Assembly: GCF_964204865.1 (NCBI RefSeq)
Contig: NC_135256.1
Coordinates: 8,804,001 to 8,868,000 of the forward strand
Reading direction: 5' to 3'
Source of the DNA: Styela clava
Taxonomy: Eukaryota
DNA length: 64,000 nt
Below, in pieces: positions 54,449 to 64,000 of this stretch. Every line of letters starts with the position of its first letter. Within the stretch, counting starts at the first letter, position 1. Made by a program: the position numbers and the translations under genes. The notes under the pieces were generated by a model that saw nothing but the letters and a program-made list of their open reading frames with translations, ran no database searches and was not told where the DNA came from.

Positions 54449-57087
54449 TCATCTTGGCAATGGTTGGCCAAGATATATTTTTCCAATATCAGGCGCAGTA
54501 TAAATAGGTGCTTTTCTGTAGTGTTCAATTAATTCGTCAACGGAATCAAACTTTCTTTGTCCTATGCAGTATTTCCCACTTCTTAGTGACACTTTGAAAT
54601 GTTTGATTCTGTCTGGTGCTTTCATTGATACTGAAAGATCCCCGACCTAAATGGACAGAACATTAATATGAAACTGACAATGGAAATACATTAGAATAAG
54701 GACTAATGGACTATTATTTCATCACTATCAGGAAATGAAAATTATACAAAGCATAAAACATCTTTACCAAACAATAGTGACCCACCCATCAAGTTAATCT
54801 GAACAAAATAGCATCCTTTTTCGAACCAAGTGAACCGAACCACAAACCAATGCGAATAATTTATAAATAATTTCCTCTAGTTGCCCTATGTTTCAATCAA
54901 CCTCCTGGTAGCATGGATATACAAAATACAACACTATTCTTAATGATCTGATGGTAAAAAACTAATTCCAAAACCACAGTAAAAACCATGGATTGTTCAA
55001 TTGAGCAATGAGTCACATGACTTTTGTGACCTAGTGACAAATTAATTTACTGATGAATTATCTTCCCTGCATGTGCTTGACCAAATATGACTTTATAAAG
55101 ATATTGTTGGCATGGATACATACCAGACTGAATTTGTGAGTATCTTGGTTGAAAATATACAAAGGCTTGCGTGAATAAGTGGTTCAAAATAACTTTAGGT
55201 TTGGACTAGACCTGCATTTCTGACAACCAGGACTCAAGAGCAATTGAATATATATAAAAAGGGGCTTTAAATGTTACAAAATTGATGTTCGGGAATCTGA
55301 ATAATAGTCAATTATTACATTAATTATGGAGACAAAAGTAAAATATCGAAAAAAATATTAGGCACTCACTGTTGATTCGCTATCTCGAACAATAAATTCA
55401 GAATTGCCGGCACGATGAAGCATACTTTCGGCTACAGCTCGTCGCACTGATCCAAAGTACCACGGTTTTGCAGACATGTTATATGAGCCATCACCATTAC
55501 CAGCATTCTAAAACAATATGATAGAAAGAAAAATTCAAATACTAAGGCAGCATGAATAATTTCAATATAGATTATAATACACACAAGTACAATAGAGTTA
55601 CTGCATATTATTTTAGAGCACAAACAAAATGTAAAGGTAATTTCAACAAGTCGTGGGCGCACATAAACATTTTTTAACAATGCAACACCCACACCAGAAA
55701 CTGTGCATGAGTTGGTGGATGAGTCAGGTACTAACACCATTCAAGCGGATGGAGATTCAAGTCACCATTAACCAACAGCTTGTTACACAATATCTGCCAC
55801 GAAACCCATTATAATGTAATAATATTGATGTTATAATGTGCTGAACATAAAATTCGCAAAATAAAATGTAGTTTCAAATTATAACTTGTATATAAAATTG
55901 GGTGAATATAAGTTTGACAGATAATGAAATAAATAAGTAGTGATTTGAATATCAGTATTTAGTATTAACAATACATATGTAACACACTAGGCATTGTTCA
56001 ATAAAAAAAGATTGAATTTGTAATACTGGTAATCAGCGGTCAGCAGGTTCATCTGTAATATAGCCATTGCACAAGAGAATATGAAAAATTAACTAAGCGT
56101 TCACTCCTTTCAGTTTTTACAGAACTTGAAAATAAGGAATATTTGCATTGGGAACTTCGCAAAATTTAGTATAATATATTCAATCTGGGATTCTTAACAG
56201 AATGGTAACATGTTTATATCAAAAATATTGAATAGGCAATCACATCAACGCATATCAAAATTGTATATAAAATTTTTGAAATTAATATCACCGGTTCAGC
56301 TAAATAACAATTTACAGTAAGCAAATTTCTTCCCAACTCTTAAAATTGCAATTATTGAGTAATCAATAAATTGGTTTTATGTTTTGTTATAGATATTACA
56401 ATTAATGTCTCACCACAGAAGGAGAATTCCCAGATGATAGGTCTTGTGAAACGTCATCATAATTAGTTACTTCTGGTAAAAAGACAGAAGGAGCACCAGG
56501 AACAGCTTCAATATAATTCCGCGGTACGAGACCAGTTCGACCTTCAGCATTTCGTGCCTCGTACCATTCCGGATCACTTTCTGGTTTGCTTATGATGTCA
56601 AACATATCTCCTGCTTCAAAGGGCAGCTCTTCATCATTACCAGAATTAAAAGGATAAAGGGCTCTGGCAACTTCTAATACTGGTTTTGCAGCACTTACAA
56701 CTGTGTTTCCTGATACATGATTATTATGCATGTCCCCACCGCTAGGCTCCATACTCTCTTCAACATAGTTCGAAGGGAACCAACCAACATCACCATCTGT
56801 ATTTTTACCTTGCCACCAACCATCATTTTCTTTTGAAATTACGATTACACTCATTCCCTTGATAAGACTGAGTTCGTCTTGACGAGTGGAACTATAGTTA
56901 TATTTAGCGACATATGTTTCGTCCATTGTTCTATCGTGAACCGCTGTATTTGAAAATTTCCTTATTCCATCACCTTCTGAATTATTTGTGCTATTTAACC
57001 CTAAGGGAGGACGAGATGATGGCACTGAACTTCCAGTTGGTGCTGCTCCTCCACCTTTTCCTTTTCTCGTGCCAGGAAATCTATTTG
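54449..57087 (-). CDS. NCK: NCK adaptor protein, last three coding exons (SH3-2, SH3-3, SH2); 5' exon(s) lie upstream
   Basis: Exons 57087-56414 (AKYNYSSTRQDELSL..DGWW..GWFPSNYV; ALYPF..EELPF..DPEWY..GLVPRNYI), 55507-55370 (PWYFG...FIVRDSES) and 54646-54449 (KHFKV...YCIGQRKF..LIEHYRKAPIY..KIYLGQPLPR*). Confidence 0.93.
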
Positions 57088-60000
57088 CTGAAACAATGAG
57101 ATTAGATTAAAAATTAGAAAGCAAAAGGTGAAGTTGGAGGAATGTTTGCATTGAAAAAACTTTCCTCTCTTAGATACAAAATTTTTTTGAAGAAAGTAGC
57201 AGAGAACTCCCGGATTATTCTGGTTTAATGTAATACCAAAGAATTAAAGTGATGAGCCTTCAACATTTGAAAACAAAAAATTATATTCATATATTCAAGT
57301 AAGCTAAGTTTAGACATATGTATCCAACAACATATGTATTTGGTCACCACATTTAACAAATGAAACTTGCAGTTTTTAAGTTTATAATACATAACCATGC
57401 TTCTTAAGTGTTAAACCAGCTGTGCCAATGTTAATATTATGTGGGATATTCTATATATGATTCAATTTACATTTTAGGCATAATCTGTATTCTGTATGTA
57501 GAATACTATTGCAAACATTTCATATATGCCTTTCTGTTTTTTGTGGCCCTTTGAACTTTAGAACAGCATATTTACCAATCCTCCCACATTCATTTTATAG
57601 GGGTATTACAAAATATTCCAATTCATTGTTTCATGTACTTATGTTTTTGAAAGAGATTGGGGATGCTATTTGAGGATTCTTGGTGGATTGTGATGCAATA
57701 ATAATTATGGGGCTAATAGTTCACAGGTTTTATTATGAATCACATACTGAATAAGGAGAAGTAAATCTGCAATAAGGTTTCAGTAATAGCAGCCAACGGA
57801 CACATTCAAAGCAATCTGCTATATGTATATGGCCATACCTTATCTAAAAAAAACAGAACAACAAAGCCTAAATTACACTAATATCTGCTCAAATTAACTC
57901 CACAAATATTGCTCATAAAACCATTATAAATGAACACCAATATACATATATCTAAATCGAACAACATATCAGATATTGAGATTAATCGATAGCAATAATA
58001 TTTAGTCGAATTTAATATGTGTACACTTATTAATGGGCTTATGTCAAAATGTTAATTATTGACAGAAAGGTTAATTTAAAGGGTACTCGCATTACCAAAA
58101 AATACCCTTAAGATGGGCCAATGGCTCACAAATCCCTCATTCCAAAATACTCACAAACGTTCAAATGGTGATGTCTAGTACTGTCTAATCTATGCAGCAG
58201 CAGTGCAGCAGTGTGCAGTGCCTATTGCATATGTAGCATTCAAGGGTATGAAATTTTGTAAACAAACAATGATCGTTTGTACATAGTTTTCATGGACTGG
58301 CATTTCTAATTCATTTAAAATTCCCATTAACTTTGCATGGAAAATCTTTTCATTCAAGCCATTGATTATAGGATACAAATTCAAGTTTGCAAATCAGTTT
58401 AAGCATTTATATATGATAAAACCATTGCCATTGGGTTAACCAAAAAGCAGGCTTCAATTAAACACAAATATGTAATTATGCATGAATGGAATTATTTTGT
58501 TCATCCTCTGGTGCTAGGTAACCGTTCTTCAAATGCCATTTACATATAGCAAATGCTTAGGCGTAAGAGAAAACAGATGTTTAATCATCCAATTACGCTA
58601 TAATATAGTATGCATATCAATAAACTTTATGTCATAGGAAAACATATCTAATATGTCTCAGACAGACTATAAAACCGCAAAACGAACGCTGTGTAATAGT
58701 CCTATCGATCGAAAATTAGAGTCCCTGACTTTGCATGACCCCAATCAAGCTATATGAGCAACAACCTTCATGAAATGGTATCGATATGCGCATTAATTTT
58801 AAGCCCAGTGCAATAGGGAAAATAATTACTGTAATGGTACATTGAATGGGCATCTTATATAAAATTCTGAAGAATCGAGTAAAAGCAACGGGCATAGGGG
58901 CATTCAAAAGTCTATTTACAACCGGCTATTACCGCATGTAACATATATAAAACATCATACAAGCACTCCAATTTAATTTACAAAAGCAATCTAGCCTCGG
59001 CAATAGTATAATAATGCTCCTAACTAATGATACAAAGGCGAACATTTTTATTGACGAAACCACCAATCAAATAAAATATTATGGAAGACTTTCACAATGT
59101 TTTAACCTCAATTTTGGAAAATACAATTTAAATGACCAGCTGTAGTACAGCAATGCATACTAAAATACGATTCAATTGTTTCAAGGAACCAATATCACCA
59201 TAGTTCAGGATGTTAGAAATATGCATTGCGCAGTGGCTAAAGGTAACATCCGAATATGCACCTTACATCTCATAAGCCTACTAAACCTGTCGTTAGGTCT
59301 AATGGCTTCCTGTTTTTATTCATAAACAGAGGCGCGCAAAAAAATTGATGCTTGCCGTTAAAACCAATAATTGTTCCACGCGGGTTAAAGTGGCTCTTTT
59401 GTTGTTCGCGCTTATTATTTCTGACAATGCTTGCGAATCAATCAACCGTTTCTTAATAACAATACAGTGAAAATCTCAATTTCAATATACAACGATACAA
59501 ACAAAGTTTAAATGTTCTAGCCAGATACCATTATTGTTATTATTATCACACCAATACGCAGATACTTCAAAATATTAAGTTACGATGGCCGACTGATTAC
59601 ATCATGTCTACACATTTATAACGCTACATAACTGGCGTCAGAATATGAAATCATCAAACTTAGGAAAAATCAAAATATATTTCAATAATGATTTTTTTAT
59701 AGTATTGTTTCAATTTACTCTCGGTAAGATTATCGATAATATTTATATTGAAAGTTTCCATATTTATTATTTATATTTATAACGTTTCATGATATTGGTA
59801 AAATCGACAGTCAAAACAACCCGCCGAGACAAAATTGTCAAAACAGCCACATAATAGGTGTCTGATAGTCATACTAAGAAGCAAAGAGAAACAACGTCTA
59901 TCCTCGTTTTATCAATGTAACCCCTTTACGAATCTGTCCTCATTAACAAAACAGCAATATAATAATATGATGAATAATAATTAACGACTATATGCCTAAA

Positions 60001-63000
60001 CATGTGTCGTTTTTACACTAACAGAAGCATAAAAACCAATTACTGCGGACCCAAACTGTACGACGATAGTGAATCGTATCAACGAAATTATTTCTGGGCT
60101 AAGATATCGAATGATAAGCCGCCCATCACAAATTAACAGTGTAGCTACTAGCATTACCAAAGCCTGTAGATTGGGCCACTGAATCATTAGGTCATATTTC
60201 AGGAAGAAGGCGTTGCATTGTTGCATCATAGCACGCATGATGCGGTACTTCCTCGACCAAAAAGTTGATTATAAATTGACATAGTCGATATAAATAATAA
60301 CCCGAACAAGGCACCGCAATTCAGAGAACTCTGCCACAAAAAAGGATGCAGAAATAGCCTAAACCGTGGTCGCGAGTATGGGAGGATTTCATCTTCTATA
60401 TGCTAAATAAGGACAAAAAGACACAATAATAGTACAACTTCAACACGAGCATTAACTTAAGTATAGTTTCAGAGTATTTACGTTCGCTGGTCATATTCTG
60501 ATTATCGATACCCCAAATTTGACAAGTATGACGCCAAAACATCGCCAACAGATATATCGTACAATATTTTTTGTTGATTTAATCAGCGTCATTATTAGTG
60601 TATAAAGTATAAACCATGACACACGCTCATCAGCCTTCACTCGATGGCGCCGTGTATATATATGTACGTAAACACATCATGAAGTGGAAGCATTAGACTG
60701 AATTGACGGACTTTCCAGAGCGATGGAGGATGAAAGCCCCACTCATAACGTCTTGCACTTCGCCATGGTCATGAATGATATTGAAAAAAAAAATCGTTTT
60801 CGTAAGACACGTTAAAATTCACTTTTATTCTAATATTATAATATTATTGCGTTAATCAACATAGCGCGATTACAAGCTCGCGTGCCGCAATTCAGGGCAA
60901 TTAGAATAATTGAGCGCAATGCAACAATGCATTGCGATGGTGGACAACCATATTCGTCGATTTTGATTTCACAACCCTCGTACTTGTTCCAGCTTGATGC
61001 AGGTCGGTGACACATTGTGAATAGTATGTGGCAATGTCAGCCAGAAAAAGGCTTCGGCGTATACATGCCAGATACTAATGCCTTTATGTAGTAGTGACGT
61101 ACATGGCAACAGTTCAAAATTAGATGTAGACAAATATTTACAAATCAAAAGTCGTGCAATAACACGATACTACTGTATTGCAATTTATATCTTGTCCTGG
61201 GCCACATCTGGCCAAGCATGAAATTTAATCTTAAACGCTGTTGTAAGACATCTCTAGCGGTCCCACGTGACAGAAGTAATTAGGACGCGTCCCTAGCGTC
61301 TACGTTATACATTTTCTATTCTTTTCATACTTACGACACCAATACCGATACAATTCAGGCTTGAGAAACATGAAACGGCGGACATATCAAATTGCTCTCG
61401 GAGATCATATTTGGTCGGATTTGTGATCACCTTACGCTACATGACCACAACCATTGAACTATACCGACAACAAACGTTTGGCTAGCAAATCATATCAGAA
61501 ATTAATTAGCATTTCAGCTTCATTTTCAAAAGTAGAACTTCTTCGATCTGGCTGGTAAATCACATTCTCAAACATTAATAATTTATTTCGAAAGATGTCT
61601 GTTAAATCATTGTTTTAATTTTTGGTGTATAATAAAGTGTTTGGAATTGACGCACTTATATCTAATGAATACTATAAAAGTATGGAAAACGAAATGATTA
61701 ATTTCAATTTGTTATTTGATTAAAAATTTAGGCGAAATATCGGGCGGGTTCGAAAAAGCAGAAGCAAGACTTCTTCACTATACTATCGTTTCTGAATGTT
61801 ACAAAACGGGATGGAATTTGGCAACAATACAGACTAAAAAAACAGAGCGACTTTATTACCAAAACAAAAGGGTATGTAAAAGCAATGAAACGAAAACCAC
61901 TTAGTTGATAGCCAAACGAATTACACATATATGACATCGAATCGACTGAATAATTTTAATAAGCGTGCTGAAATGAATCGATTTTGATATGATACAGACA
62001 CATTAATGGTATTGAAGCATAAGAACTTGCATATTTTCGAGAATAAGTAATGTGATGAGATTCAACGACGCGCCTCGGGCTGTAATTGCTTGACATTCGA
62101 TTTATCTACAGAATTCGCACGTTCGAAAAATAACTCAACTTTGTATGACTCCGTATAATGCGCAAGGAGCGTATATGAGACCGGTATGGTTTGGTTGGCA
62201 ACCTGTTGTTTATTATTAAAAGACGAATTTCACACGAATAGTATAAAATGCACTCTAATTCAATACATTGCAACTGGCTTTCTGCGGACCGGACTACGCA
62301 GGATTCATGCATTTCAAATAAATCTTAAGAATATTCAATGCCCATCCACGCGGATGCGGCTCCAGTTTCTATATATTAATAGGAAATTAAAATCGGGAAT
62401 AAAATCTGAAATGAAGGGAGTAAGTAGCCTTGTTATCCCAAACATCGGGTTATAACAATCTCAAGTTATTGTCATTTCATTCTGATATCCGACAAATGCG
62501 CACCAACTCATGAACGACATGGGAAATAGAGTGTTTATGATTGAACAAATATTTCTGCAATAAATATAAGTTTGTTTGCTGAAGTTGTTTGATGTGTCTG
62601 CGTGTCGGAGCCTGAAGTAATTCCGTTACAATCCCTTATTTAAATAGTAAGTAAATGAGTTGGATATTACCGACATTGAGACAAAAGTTTTGCTTATACT
62701 GCTGTGTACTATATTGTAGGTGTGGCAATATAACGCTTTACATTTAAAATAAAACTCCGCTCCATCTAGAATCTTATCTCGGTGAGTACAAGTCCGCGAA
62801 AAAAGTTTGTAAAATCCTTTAATAGTTGAGCAACGAATTCAGTTACATTTTGCTTGCGCGCCAAAGGTGCGCTCAAACACATTAGCAAATTCTCAACATA
62901 AACACAATCTACAACGACGGCTTCAGCTAGCAGTCTCCGGTGACCAGCTCAGTGTTATGAGAATAATTGAATTGCTGTAAAAAATCTCTGTCTGGCCAAG

Positions 63001-64000
63001 TTTAAGAATAGACGATTTGGCCATGAAAAAACTCAATCCTCTTAACCATACTATCAATGAACACTAAGCGACCGTGGACCACCGTTCCTCTTATGCCATA
63101 CCTCAACATACACAATGTATATATTACTGGGATCCAGGAAGCCCAAAGAAAAATCGACAATGATGTTCGCCTTTTCTGCATATTGTATTGTAGAGGCTCC
63201 TTAGTAACATATGAAAGGATGACTCAGACATAAATTCCAGGCCTAAGTAAACTACTTGGCAATGTTTGTTAGGCAATTTGTTTTTACATTGTATCTCGGG
63301 GAAAACAATATCAACGTTGGAAAAGGAAACTAACGTGAATGCCATATATTGCAGTTTCGCAATATGACCAGACGAATCCAACCGCGAATTGAAATATATA
63401 ACTTGTCGCATATTCTGCGATAAATTACGACAACGACTAAACTGATATAGATCGGGAACAGAACTTCGTTGCGTTGTTACTAAAAAAATCTAAGGCGTCA
63501 TTTTATTTGAAAATAAGCTGAAGATCACGGACTATCCTTTAGGTTTGGCGTAAACTATATTTCATCGCCCCGTCAAAAAATAAGCACCACACGACGATAG
63601 AATATGATATAAGAAACATTTCCTTCTATAAAATCCATTGAAATTACTCCAAGTAAACTTTGATTCGTCCACTCAACCAGAATCAGAAGTCATGGTACAA
63701 TGGCCAGTTGTATAAACGCCGTTTCACAAAATGAACATGGAAATCTTCAAGTAGGCTATCACACCGCTCAAAACGACCACCATCATACCTTTTGCTTTCC
63801 TTCTATGATGCTTATACCTTCTTGAATTTCTTAGTCGACAGTCAGCGGTGCGTTTTTCCAGGGGTATTTTGCGTCTACCAGCAAGAGTACAATGTGCAGC
63901 TGCTAGGTGACAGCTCGGAAGTCGGGACACCCCGAGAATAATCTTGCAAGGAGCGTCCATAAGGCTCATCGTCGCCATGTCCGTCTGACAATCATATCCA

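Noticed and set aside
54449-54500. Suspected frameshift at the NCK C-terminus
   Set aside because: Recounting the A run gives an intact frame, GKIYLGQPLPR*.

Overview
AT-rich animal genomic DNA with compact genes, short GT-AG introns and several intronless housekeeping genes. Co-oriented genes have splice acceptors just upstream of their ATGs, which suggests an ascidian/tunicate-like genome with SL trans-splicing (inference only). Host genes are NCAPD2 (5' exons, -), a catalytic-less SENP6/7-like ORF (-), RAD51D, DNAJC9 and CHK1 (all +), SARAF (-), MRPL34 (+), PSMA3 (-) and the 3' part of NCK (-). The middle (25.3-43.9 kb) is a nest of DNA transposons. A ~455-bp hAT MITE hosts an apparently intact 5,967-bp P-superfamily element and a decayed 12.2-kb Academ (XPG-type) element, and the Academ is itself interrupted by two hAT derivatives. 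The most notable observation is that the P element looks like a two-gene, split-transposase system. Its 11-exon THAP/RNase-H transposase (848 aa) stops shortly after the catalytic Glu. A separate convergent gene (277 aa) encodes the motifs of the missing P-transposase C-terminal domain. The element ends are bipartite, with 15-bp and 25-bp spacers. All homology calls come from motif recognition by eye; no database search was run.
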